Of a DNA stretch of 64,000 nucleotides, positions 44,234 through 53,779 are shown in pieces (the stretch's first letter is position 1; every line of letters starts with the position of its first letter). Both the position numbers and the translations under genes were made by a program. The notes under the pieces were generated by a model. The model saw only the letters and a program-made list of their open reading frames with translations, ran no database searches and was not told the origin of the DNA. Location of the stretch: the IMG/VR virus record IMGVR_UViG_3300032180_000001, positions 1-64,000 of that record; one strand, 5' to 3'. This stretch comes from a virus.

Positions 44234-44692
44234 ATGAGCCAGCTTACCATCCATGTTAGACGCGGGACCATCCTAGTGTTGTTGCTGATTACCACGTGCG
44301 CACTAGCGGGTGCATCTGTGGGACTCGTCGTTTCGGGAACCTACCCACGGACTGTCACAAAGATCGTTACAAAGACTGTTATCCAGTCAGTACCGGTTCC
44401 GGGACCAACAGTAACGGTTCCGGCGACTGCTTCCGACGTTCAAGTGTGCAACGATGTAAACACCTGGGAATCGAACAATGATGGTCTTGCCGCAACTAAC
44501 TTTGGCACCGATTCTTCGAGTCAAACGATCGTCTCCGAAGCAGCCGCAGCCGGATCCAGCGCAGTAGATAACGACGTTCAGAACCTGTCTAGGGATAGCG
44601 GAAGCAGTGCATCTGCTGATATCAGCTCCCTTAAAGCTGACTGTGCCGCAGCCGGGGTAACACTTACAGGTAGCGACTTCTTGTATGCCTGA
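44234..44692 (+). CDS. membrane-anchored protein with one Cys-Cys domain
   Basis: GLVVSGTYP; VQVCNDV...ADCAAAGV. Confidence 0.65.
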   Translation: MSQLTIHVRRGTILVLLLITTCALAGASVGLVVSGTYPRTVTKIVTKTVIQSVPVPGPTVTVPATASDVQVCNDVNTWESNNDGLAATNFGTDSSSQTIVSEAAAAGSSAVDNDVQNLSRDSGSSASADISSLKADCAAAGVTLTGSDFLYA

Positions 44693-44713
44693 TCATAGTC
44701 GAATGAGGGCGTT

Positions 44714-44971
44714 ATGAATAAAAACGAGCAACGCGCCTGGTATGCTTGGCTAAATACCCTCAACCAAAAAGAACTGGAATTTTTCGAGCCACTTTGTCGG
44801 CAGTATGGCACCGAGGCAGCCACTAGGATTATGCAGGAGAAACAAAAGCATACCGAAGTTATACAGAAAATCACAGATCTGGAGTGTCCCTATTGCCGCA
44901 AGAGAACGGGATACGATAATGATAGAAACTGTGATTACTGTAGTGCACCGAGACCCGGAATAGAAAACTGA
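44714..44971 (+). CDS. zinc-ribbon hypothetical protein
   Basis: CPYC...CDYC. Confidence 0.5.
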   Translation: MNKNEQRAWYAWLNTLNQKELEFFEPLCRQYGTEAATRIMQEKQKHTEVIQKITDLECPYCRKRTGYDNDRNCDYCSAPRPGIEN

Positions 44972-45273
44972 TGAACAAGAAAGCCATCGCTTATATCACA
45001 GTAGGAGCCGTCGCGACGGGACTGATCGCGTGCAGCTCGACGACAGCACTCAGTAATGCATTTGATAACGGAGGCGGTCCGCTCACACCGGTTACTACGC
45101 CCCTTTCGGACCGAGGTGCTGCTTGCCCGGATGCTTCTTTCGGTACGTCAACTCCTAACGCATCTGTTCAACCGCTTCTTAACCTTCAAAAGAGCCTGAA
45201 CCTTACTTATCGACAGATAGCTGCTGTTAATAAGCTGCTGCTTCCCGACGATTCCTGCAGAAACGATAACTAA
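44971..45273 (+). CDS. predicted lipoprotein
   Basis: Lipobox LIAC. Confidence 0.65.
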   Translation: MNKKAIAYITVGAVATGLIACSSTTALSNAFDNGGGPLTPVTTPLSDRGAACPDASFGTSTPNASVQPLLNLQKSLNLTYRQIAAVNKLLLPDDSCRNDN

Positions 45274-45472
45274 AGGAGATCCCCATGAACAACAGTAACG
45301 ACGTTCTCGAACGGACAGCAGTCATTATAGACCGGGCTGCATCGCGGTACCGGATATCACGAGCTACAGAAGTAGCTGTAGGAGTGCTCTTCCTAGCCAA
45401 CCTCACCCTGTATCTGCTTGCGGTGAACGGGCTGCTGGTACCCGGATTCTACCTCTAATCAAAGGGAGTATC

Positions 45473-45997
45473 ATGAACGGAAGCGAGAAGCGCACCACCC
45501 GGGCTGACCGGGAGGCTGCTGCGGAAATCCTGAACAGGCATTACGCGGCTGGTACCCTCGACGATGACGAGTACAACGAGCGTCTCGACGCGGCGATGGA
45601 GGCAAAGTGGCCGCATGAGCTGGCCCCGCTGCTTACCGACCTGCCCCGACTGCAAGAGAATGAGGTGACCCGGCCGGATCCGCGTAAGGTGCCAGATTCT
45701 GCTCAGGCGGACAATCGGCACGCGCTGCAGAACGTGCTGGCCCTCGCAACATCCATCGTTGTGGTCACCGTTGCCGCCATCGTCTTCAGTGGGCATCGGA
45801 ACGGTGGCGGACCTGCCTACGGCATCATGGTGGCGGGCTGTTCCGTGATCGGCGCGCTGACCGGCTGGCGGAAGAAGGACGGTGGCGTCATGGCGCTGAT
45901 CGGTTTTCTGAGTGGCGTCGCGCCGATCGCGGGAACGCTGCTGATGATTTTTCTGACCTGGCGGCGGGACGGACGGCTGCCGCTGCGTCGAACCTGA
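45473..45997 (+). CDS. DUF1707 (SHOCT-like) membrane protein
   Basis: ADREAAAEILNRHYAAGTLDDDEYNERLDAA...ELAPLLTDLP + 3 TM. Confidence 0.85.
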   Translation: MNGSEKRTTRADREAAAEILNRHYAAGTLDDDEYNERLDAAMEAKWPHELAPLLTDLPRLQENEVTRPDPRKVPDSAQADNRHALQNVLALATSIVVVTVAAIVFSGHRNGGGPAYGIMVAGCSVIGALTGWRKKDGGVMALIGFLSGVAPIAGTLLMIFLTWRRDGRLPLRRT

Positions 45998-46047
45998 ATA
46001 TGGTACAGTAGTTGCTTAAGCGACAGAACGTAACGGGGGAACACGAT

Positions 46048-46797
46048 ATGAACAGTAAAGCTATCACATGGACGGCGGCAGGTGCTCTCGGGCTGATGAT
46101 GGCCGCGTGCAGCTCGACGACCACGGTTATCCAGAAGGTCACGTCCGCTCCTTCTGCCACACATGCGGTAATCCCGATTAGGCATGCAGCAGCATCAGCA
46201 AAGCCAAAACCTAAGCCCTCGGTTCCCTCGCCTGTCAGGACCGTGATTGTCCCGACTCCAGTATACGTGCCTTCGCCTGTTTACCATGCAGCTGCGCCTG
46301 ACAACCAGGATTACACGCCTAACGGTCCGTGCTGGGCGAGCCAGCCAAATTGCAGTGGCGATCCGCTTGCCGGAACAGCGACAGGCGGTCCCTGCACGAC
46401 GATAACGGGATATTTCACAGGCGGCCAGCCTGGCCATTACGGTTACGGTGATTTCTGCGTAGCCGATTCAATGTCTGTTCCCACGCCCGCACCAAGCTAC
46501 TCAGCCGATCCGTACTCGGTTGTCTACGAGTTCCTGAACGACGTCAACACCCCTGGGGGCAACCCGGCCGCGTGGGCGCTTCTCGGATCATCTGAGCAGG
46601 CGGCCTGGGGTAGCAGCTACAGCAGCTTCTCCAACTGGGCAGACCCGATCTCGTTCCACAACATCTATGAAGTCAGCGAGTCCGGCGACACGGTTACCGT
46701 TTCTTACGACGAGCGGGACGGGCACGGGCAGCCTCTGGTGCCGTACACCGTGACCTATACCGTAGACGGCGGACTCATCACGTCCAGCAATAGGTAG
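46048..46797 (+). CDS. predicted lipoprotein with Pro-rich linker
   Basis: Lipobox MAAC; C-terminal NTF2-like fold suggested by YTVTYTVDGGLITS. Confidence 0.7.
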   Translation: MNSKAITWTAAGALGLMMAACSSTTTVIQKVTSAPSATHAVIPIRHAAASAKPKPKPSVPSPVRTVIVPTPVYVPSPVYHAAAPDNQDYTPNGPCWASQPNCSGDPLAGTATGGPCTTITGYFTGGQPGHYGYGDFCVADSMSVPTPAPSYSADPYSVVYEFLNDVNTPGGNPAAWALLGSSEQAAWGSSYSSFSNWADPISFHNIYEVSESGDTVTVSYDERDGHGQPLVPYTVTYTVDGGLITSSNR

Positions 46798-47003
46798 CAG
46801 AAGTGCGGGAAGGGGGTAGAGATGAATGATCTCGAACGAACGGTACAGCTGTCAGCGTCCGAGCGACTGCGATCGTGGTGGCTCCGGCTTCGGCTGACGA
46901 TCTCCGAGATGAACTACGCAACGCGACGGATGACGGAGAAGCAGGCACCGTGGATCCCGCAGGATTCGCAGCGGCCCAGGAAGAACGCAACGGGAGAAGA
47001 GAA

Positions 47004-47210
47004 ATGAAGATCACCGTGACCGCAGACGGCCTGAGGGAGCCCGAGCGGACCGGCATGCGCGCCGTGCGCGGCGTAACGGAAGACGGCGCCGTCGTGCTGC
47101 TGACAGGTGGCTGGGGGCTTCTCGAATATATTAGCGAAGAGGTTATGGCGGAGGGCATTGCCGTCATCGAGGACAGCGCCTGCCAGATCCTGTCCGGTAT
47201 ACCCAGGTAA
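47004..47210 (+). CDS. small hypothetical protein
   Basis: MKITVTADG..., coupled to 46822..47007. Confidence 0.45.
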   Translation: MKITVTADGLREPERTGMRAVRGVTEDGAVVLLTGGWGLLEYISEEVMAEGIAVIEDSACQILSGIPR

Positions 47211-47237
47211 GCAGTTAATAACGGGAGAACGCATTTC

Positions 47238-49157
47238 ATGAACAGGAAAACAATCCGTGCCATTGCCGCGACAGGGCTGGCCACCGCGATCGCTCTTGGA
47301 TACGGAGCCGTCCAGGGGAAAGCCGACGAAACTATGGTATCGCGCAACCTGGTCAGAAACGGATGGGATCCGTCCGAGCCCAGTCTGACTCCAGCTGTCG
47401 TCAGTGGCAGTACGTTCGGCCAAATTTTCACCACCACCGTGAACGGGCAAATAGACGCCCAGCCGCTGAAGATCGGCAATGCGTTGATCGTGGTAACCGA
47501 AACCAACCGCATGTACAGCCTGAACGCCTCGACGGGAGCCGTTAACTGGGGGATATCCCTCGGTCCGGCTTGGCCGTCCGCTGCCAATGGCTGCGCCGAC
47601 ATCAATCCTTCCATCGGGGTCACCTCGACGCCCGTCTACGATTCGGCCAGCCACGAGATCTATGTCACGGCCGTGCTGAACAACGGGACGACGGTGAAAA
47701 CCCCGCATGTGGTGCTGAAGGCGATTGCCCTCACGACCGGTCACACCGACTGGCAGGCGCAAATTCAGGGCACTCCGGTGAACGACCCGTCACATCGTCC
47801 GTTCAATTCATTCACCCAGCGGCAGCGAGCCGGCTTGCTGCTGATGAACGGGCACGTGTTCATCGGGTTCGCCTCCTACTGCGACTTCAAGCCGTACACC
47901 GGCCTGATCGCAAGCGTCAGCACGGCAACGACAGTTCCGCACGCGGTATCGCTATGGACAGACGAGGCACGCGGCGTCCAGGCAGGGATCTGGATGGGTG
48001 ACAGCGGCCTGATGTCTGACGCCCCCGGCCGCATCTTCGTCGCCTCGGGTAACGGATCGTCTCCCCCGGCGGCACCTGGCACCAGCCCGCCCGCAACCCT
48101 GTCTGAGTCGGTGATCCGGGTTAACGTGCAGACGAACGGCTCGCTGATCGCGAAAGACTTCTTCGCCCCGGCGAACGCGCCGTATCTCGACGCGCACGAC
48201 GTCGACCTGGGATCCGGCGGGCCGATCGGGCTGCCGTTCGGCACCGCGCTGCATCCGCACCTGCTGCTCCAGGCAGGGAAAGACGGGCGGCTCTTCATCC
48301 TGGATCGGGCAAGCCTCGGCGGGCGCAATGCCACCACCGATCACCCGGTCAGCATCAGCGGCCCGTACGGCGGCCAGGCGGGTCATCCATCGGCTTTCGC
48401 CGGAACCGGCGGCAGCGATTACGTCTACTACCAGGGCAGCCGGATGCCGCTCCGAGTACTGAAATTCAGCACCGTCAACGCAAGCCTGACCAGCGTCGGG
48501 GTTTCGGCGGACGTATTCCCGGGCAGCTCCGGCTCGCCGGCCGTCACCTCGAACGGCACCGATCCGTCCACCGCGGTCGTCTGGGTGGTGAAGCGGGCGG
48601 GCACCACTTCCGTGCTGGAAGCCTTCGCTGGCGTTCCGCAGAACGGGGTACTGCGCCTGCTGCGCTCCTTCCCGATCGGCACCGCAGCCAAGTTCACGAA
48701 CGTCGCCACTGACGGCGGGCGGGTCTACCTGGGTACGAATGACGGCAAGGTCTACGGGTTCGGTGTTACCACAGCTGCCCCGGCCTCGGTCACCGCGCCG
48801 CCGGTCGCGCAGCCTCCCGTTCCGGCCGCCAACGTGGCGCCACCGCTGAGCGTGTACGTCTCGACGAACTATTCCTACGGTGAGATCCTGGTCACGCCAT
48901 CGGTACTGACGGTTTACCGGCCAGCCGGGGGTAAAGCAGGTAACGGATATGAACCGCTTCTTGCCATCCCCAGCCAGCCGGTCACCTTGCCGCCGTCGCT
49001 CAGCAGGCATCACCATATCACCACCGTGCTCCTGCCGGATGGCAGCCATCAGCTCGCCTACGACGGGCAGCCGCTGTACACGTTCTCGGGCGACAAGCAT
49101 CCGGGTGACGCGTTCGGAGCCGGGCAGCACTGGAGGGTGGTCCCCTCGGACGCTTAA
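47238..49157 (+). CDS. secreted PQQ-like beta-propeller protein with C-terminal COG4315-like repeat
   Basis: YSLNASTGAVNW, STPV, DLGSGG, GKDGRLF, VYLGTNDGKVY; QLAYDGQPLYTFSGD..PGDA.G. Confidence 0.7.
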   Translation: MNRKTIRAIAATGLATAIALGYGAVQGKADETMVSRNLVRNGWDPSEPSLTPAVVSGSTFGQIFTTTVNGQIDAQPLKIGNALIVVTETNRMYSLNASTGAVNWGISLGPAWPSAANGCADINPSIGVTSTPVYDSASHEIYVTAVLNNGTTVKTPHVVLKAIALTTGHTDWQAQIQGTPVNDPSHRPFNSFTQRQRAGLLLMNGHVFIGFASYCDFKPYTGLIASVSTATTVPHAVSLWTDEARGVQAGIWMGDSGLMSDAPGRIFVASGNGSSPPAAPGTSPPATLSESVIRVNVQTNGSLIAKDFFAPANAPYLDAHDVDLGSGGPIGLPFGTALHPHLLLQAGKDGRLFILDRASLGGRNATTDHPVSISGPYGGQAGHPSAFAGTGGSDYVYYQGSRMPLRVLKFSTVNASLTSVGVSADVFPGSSGSPAVTSNGTDPSTAVVWVVKRAGTTSVLEAFAGVPQNGVLRLLRSFPIGTAAKFTNVATDGGRVYLGTNDGKVYGFGVTTAAPASVTAPPVAQPPVPAANVAPPLSVYVSTNYSYGEILVTPSVLTVYRPAGGKAGNGYEPLLAIPSQPVTLPPSLSRHHHITTVLLPDGSHQLAYDGQPLYTFSGDKHPGDAFGAGQHWRVVPSDA

Positions 49158-49292
49158 GTGAACAGCCGATTACAAACGCGACACGGGTGCTGTCATCAGT
49201 TTGCGTATGTGGTAAGGTACCGTAGCGACAGACGGGGCAGGAAAAGCCCTGAGCTACAGAAAGCACAATCAAGCACACTCAGGAGAATCGTA

Positions 49293-49703
49293 GTGAAGAA
49301 GCTTATCGCAGGATCCGCCGTTGCGGCATCCGCCATCGCCTGTCTTGGCCTCGCTCTCCCGGCTTCGGCCAGTGGGAGTCCTGTTGCTGGGAACTACGTC
49401 GTCGCCGACAACGGCCAGGGGTGCTGGGCCGGTGGGGCTCTGCTCGCTGACGGTTCTGGTACTGGCGCGGGCGGATGCAGCTTCAGCGGTCCGGCCGGGC
49501 AGGAAGTCCTCCGGTTCACCACTCGGTCCTGGACAGGCGACGCCACTGCGGGGGTCACGCTCTGCGTCAACGCGATCGCCACCAAGGACCCGGCAGGCAT
49601 CTTCCCGACGGGGCAGTTCGCGTTCGGCTGCCTGGGGCCGGTGCCGGTGAACATCGGTCCGGTCAAGATCAACGGCACGCTCATCAAGATCAGCCTGCGC
49701 TAG
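49293..49703 (+). CDS. secreted hypothetical protein
   Basis: Signal peptide ending PASA; Cys pairs. Confidence 0.6.
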   Translation: MKKLIAGSAVAASAIACLGLALPASASGSPVAGNYVVADNGQGCWAGGALLADGSGTGAGGCSFSGPAGQEVLRFTTRSWTGDATAGVTLCVNAIATKDPAGIFPTGQFAFGCLGPVPVNIGPVKINGTLIKISLR

Positions 49704-50012
49704 CGAAACCGGCCTGGCCCCTGTCACCTGATGTGGCAGGGGTCAAGTCGGGCGGAGGACTTATGTTCACCTATTCATACGCTCGCGAACTGCATCGGCA
49801 GCGCGAGGAAGAAACCCAGCGCAGGACGAAGTACGCCTGGCTCGGCAGAGAGGCGCAGATCGCCCGTCGCGATGCCCGCAGGGCACGTTGGCACAGACTC
49901 GTCGCGATGCTAGTCCGGTAGCGCAAAGATTCGTCGTATGATACGGTAGTTACTAATGAGGCAAAAGTTGTCTCTAATCAAATGCTCAGTACCAGCCATC
50001 GGGGGAATCCTC

Positions 50013-50357
50013 ATGCAAGCGACTCAGTTCGATCAGCCCACCCTCTCCGTCCCGACGCGGCAGTCCGCTATCTCGCTGCTCGCTCTCATCTCAGGAGCAC
50101 TATCTGCCGCATCGCTGCTGCCTACCGCGCTCGTACTCGTCTTCTGGGCGAAGGGCCTCCACCTCACTTCGCCAGCAGCCACTCCGTATTCCGCCGTGTT
50201 CGTGCTTGGCACAGCGTTCGCCGCAGCCGGTTCCGTGCTCGCCCTCGGTGCCTTCCGGCCGACTCGAACCGGAATCGCCGCCCTAGTTATCTCGACGCTC
50301 GTTCTCGCAGCAAGCGTTTCCGGCTGGTTCTACTACGCAGCGAACCTGCACAAGTAG
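50013..50357 (+). CDS. three-TM membrane protein
   Basis: Hydrophobic segments. Confidence 0.55.
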   Translation: MQATQFDQPTLSVPTRQSAISLLALISGALSAASLLPTALVLVFWAKGLHLTSPAATPYSAVFVLGTAFAAAGSVLALGAFRPTRTGIAALVISTLVLAASVSGWFYYAANLHK

Positions 50358-50599
50358 GCAAGGAAGAAACGTGCTCTCATACGGAAAAACCACCGGGGCG
50401 ACGGGTCTTATGATCGGCAGCCTTGCCATCAATCAAGTGTACCTCTTGGTCATCGCCCTAGTTTTTGTCATCAGCACAGCAATAGTGCTGCGACTAGGGT
50501 GGCGCCGCGGAAAAGCGGCAAGCGACCGCTGATAGAAGGAGACGATGGCTCCGAGCAGAGTGGCCTGCTCGGAGCCAGGCGGCAGGGAGGGGAAATAAA

Positions 50600-51976
50600 A
50601 TGCAGGCCAGTCGGTACACAGCACGCGTGGGAAATACAGGAACTATCATTCCCGGCGCGCTGATTATCGGAGGCCTTCTATTCTGGACTTTTCGGCATAT
50701 TGCCAGCATCTATGCCACGCATGGCCAGCATTTGCAAGCGGTTTGGCTCTTTGCTTTCGCTGTTCTCCTCATCGAAATGAGTATGTGCTTTACCGAGAGA
50801 CGGTACCGGACAACCTGGCGTCAGCAGAAAGTTCTCAACGAGTCCCATTTGGTGGGAGTTATTCCTGTTTACAACGAGGATCCCGCAGCATTGCGCGAGT
50901 GCATCGCCTCCATGCTCCGGCAGACCAGGCCGCTGAACTGCCTCTGGGTAACTGACGACGGCAGTACCTCCGTGGTGGACTACGCGGAGGTCAGGAAATG
51001 GTTCTTTCGGGTTGCGGAAGCAGCGGGGGTGCGCCCGGTGTGGCACTGGCAGCCGAATGCCGGTAAGCGCCACGCGCAGGGTGCGGCCATCGCCGCCACA
51101 CCCGAGGCAGATTTCTACCTCACCGTGGACAGCGATGCGATTCTCGACCCAGATGCCGTCCGAGAAGGACTCAAGCCCTTTGCGCACTCAGAGGTCCAGT
51201 CGGTGGCCGGCGTTATTATGGTTGCCAACCAGGTGAACCTGCTAACTCGGTTCACCGACCTGTGGTTCGTCATCGGCCAGCTCGTCGACCGCAGCAGCAT
51301 GTCAGCGGCCGGAAGCGTCCTAGTCAACTCGGGGGCGCTAGCCTTCTACCGCGGCAGTCTGCTTCGTGACAACCTGGACGGTTACCTGAACGAGATGTTC
51401 TTCGGACGGGTCATCGAAACGTCCGACGATTCCCTGCTTACCATTTACGCCCTGCTAAAAGGGAAGGCAGTTCAGCAGCACAGTAGCTTTAGCTTCACGT
51501 TCATGCCGGAAAAATACTCTCATCACCGTCGTCAGTACCTGCGCTGGATGCGTGGTGCATTCATCCGCGCCTGGTGGCGGTTCAGGTATCTGCCCGTCCG
51601 CAAGGCAGCCTACTGGTTCAACCTGATCGGCTGGGTTCAGGTCATCCTGTCTACCGTCACCTTCATCGCGCTGTTCATCTACGGAACCATCCGAACGCCG
51701 GATGGCCTGCCGTTTCTCATGCTCATCCCAGTGCTCGTCGGCTACGGACAGGGACTGAGGTACTTCATGATCAGGCGATCAGACATCAGGTTCCGACAAC
51801 AGCTGGTAATGTTCCTGCTCATGCCTGTTCTCGTTTTCTACGGATGGTTCGTACTACGGGCACTCCGTTTTTACGCGATGGCCACGTGCCTGAACGTAGG
51901 CTGGGGGACAAGAGAAACCGTGGAAATTACCATGGCAGATGCCAGCACTCCAGCCTACAGTACATTGAAAGGATAA
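50600..51976 (+). CDS. processive GT2 polysaccharide synthase (hyaluronan/chitin synthase-like)
   Basis: PVYNE, TDDGS, NAGKRHAQ, TVDSD, SDDSLLT, QYLRW (D,D,D,QxxRW); TM helices at both ends. Confidence 0.9.
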   Translation: MQASRYTARVGNTGTIIPGALIIGGLLFWTFRHIASIYATHGQHLQAVWLFAFAVLLIEMSMCFTERRYRTTWRQQKVLNESHLVGVIPVYNEDPAALRECIASMLRQTRPLNCLWVTDDGSTSVVDYAEVRKWFFRVAEAAGVRPVWHWQPNAGKRHAQGAAIAATPEADFYLTVDSDAILDPDAVREGLKPFAHSEVQSVAGVIMVANQVNLLTRFTDLWFVIGQLVDRSSMSAAGSVLVNSGALAFYRGSLLRDNLDGYLNEMFFGRVIETSDDSLLTIYALLKGKAVQQHSSFSFTFMPEKYSHHRRQYLRWMRGAFIRAWWRFRYLPVRKAAYWFNLIGWVQVILSTVTFIALFIYGTIRTPDGLPFLMLIPVLVGYGQGLRYFMIRRSDIRFRQQLVMFLLMPVLVFYGWFVLRALRFYAMATCLNVGWGTRETVEITMADASTPAYSTLKG

Positions 51977-51980
51977 GAGA

Positions 51981-53549
51981 ATGCGAAAGAGAGTAATACT
52001 AGCCGCCCTCGGATCTGCCGCCCTGCTTGCAGGCATGGCAGCAACCGCGCAGGCGGGCGTTCCTAGCTATCATCGGGCTTCATACGGACCGGCTGTTCCC
52101 GGCGGAGTAAACGGGCCTGACGGCGCGGCTTTCCGTACTGCACCACCCATCAAGTCAGCACCTGTGAAGGCACACCTGCCCTATGAGGCAAATCCGAACA
52201 GCCCACTGATCAGGCCGGCGCACCCGGCGATCGCGTCCCCCGCCCGGATGACGACGGCGACAGCTCCTGCGCTCCCGGTGCTGAATAACACCGGCTGCAA
52301 GGGCTACGCCATCTTCACCTTCGACGACGGTCCGAGCGCGGACACCACGCAGAGCCTGCTCGACGAGATGAACGCGGAAAACATCCACGGCCTTTTCTTC
52401 GTTATCGGTACCATGGTGACCGCTCCGGGCGGTGCGCAGCTCATCCAGAATGAGGCGGCCTCCGGTGACCTGGTGGAAAATCACACCTGGGACCACCAGT
52501 CGTTCACCGGAGCCTCCACCGGCACCGCACCGCTCACCGCTGCACAAGTTAACAGCGAGATCGGCCAAGACCAGGCCGCGATCACCGCTGCGGGCGTGCC
52601 TGCCCCGACCATGTACCGTCCGCCGTACGGCGACGTCAACGCCACCAACGACGCGCAGATCCGCAACCAGTTCAGCCTGCAAATCGTGGCTCCGTTCTCC
52701 GTCGAAGGACCGACCTTCCCGGCGGGCAGCGGCGAGGTTACCGACAGCCGCGACTGGACTGGCGCCTCCACGGCGCAGCTTGTCCAGAATGTGACGGTCG
52801 GGTACACCTCGGCCAGCGGGCGGTTCTACCCCGGCATGGCGCAGTCCACGATCGCGCAGCCCGACATCCTCGCCTTCCACGACACGACCGGAACGCAGCT
52901 CTACAACGCGCTGCCGCAGATCGTGGACTGGATGAACGCGAACAATTTCTGCACGACTCGCACCATGCGGACCAACGCGACCGGCGGGCTCGTTCCGACG
53001 CCACCACTGACCGAGCCGTCTACCGGGCTAGTCGTCAACCCGTCCGTCGAGACGAACTGGGCGGCAGGTAACGCGGGCAGCTTCCCGACAAACTGGCCGG
53101 CCGGCTGGATCACGGCAGGATGGGGCACCCGCACCGCGACGTTCGGCACCACAACCGCCGCGCACACCGGCAGCCAGGCGGTAACAGTCTCCATCGCCAA
53201 CTGGGTGAGCGGCACCGCCGACTGGATCATCGTGCAGCGCGGCAAGGGAACCGACTCATCCAACACCTACACACCGCTCGCGCAGCCCGGCCACACCTAC
53301 TCGTTCTGGACCTGGTATTCCGGATCAGCGACGGGCAGCATCGGCATCGTGGCCTATTATCGGGACGCGAACAACGCTTGGCAGTACTGGACCTCCAGTT
53401 ATGCCGTCCCCAACTCTCCGGGGGCATGGAACCTGGCCCAGTACAACTCGCCGCCACTTCCGGCCGGAGCAACGGCAGTCAGCTTCGGCCTGTCGGTCTC
53501 GGGTAACGGCAGCGTGACCTCCGACGACTACCAGATGGTCGCTAATTAA
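51981..53549 (+). CDS. secreted polysaccharide deacetylase (NodB/CE4) + CBM-like domain
   Basis: FTFDDGP, NHTWDH, YRPPYG, LAFHD; signal peptide. Confidence 0.9.
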   Translation: MRKRVILAALGSAALLAGMAATAQAGVPSYHRASYGPAVPGGVNGPDGAAFRTAPPIKSAPVKAHLPYEANPNSPLIRPAHPAIASPARMTTATAPALPVLNNTGCKGYAIFTFDDGPSADTTQSLLDEMNAENIHGLFFVIGTMVTAPGGAQLIQNEAASGDLVENHTWDHQSFTGASTGTAPLTAAQVNSEIGQDQAAITAAGVPAPTMYRPPYGDVNATNDAQIRNQFSLQIVAPFSVEGPTFPAGSGEVTDSRDWTGASTAQLVQNVTVGYTSASGRFYPGMAQSTIAQPDILAFHDTTGTQLYNALPQIVDWMNANNFCTTRTMRTNATGGLVPTPPLTEPSTGLVVNPSVETNWAAGNAGSFPTNWPAGWITAGWGTRTATFGTTTAAHTGSQAVTVSIANWVSGTADWIIVQRGKGTDSSNTYTPLAQPGHTYSFWTWYSGSATGSIGIVAYYRDANNAWQYWTSSYAVPNSPGAWNLAQYNSPPLPAGATAVSFGLSVSGNGSVTSDDYQMVAN

Positions 53550-53552
53550 CCT

Positions 53553-53612
53553 CCTGAGCACTGGCGATCGCGGGCAGGGAAATCTGCTCGCGGTCGCAGG
53601 CACTCAGCCTGA
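53553..53612 (+). ncRNA. conserved intergenic hairpin element, copy 2
   Basis: Same flanks as the 41282 copy, with compensatory inner stem. Confidence 0.55.
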
Positions 53613-53779
53613 AATTAAGAAAGAAGGAAAATCATGAACGAAATCGTCCCGGCTGGGGTGACTGAGATGCTCCAGCGCGCCAGAAGGGCCATAAGCGAGG
53701 GAAACAGCTATGACTGGCAAGATTCACTTGAAGAACTGATCGACTACATAGCCGGTCTCTACGGCCTGGAAGAAGAACA

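Noticed and set aside
47952-49130. Long antisense ORFs (also 24849..25748, 34210..34824, 39886..40674, 59986..60765)
   Set aside because: Typical shadow frames of GC-rich genes with clear motifs on the other strand
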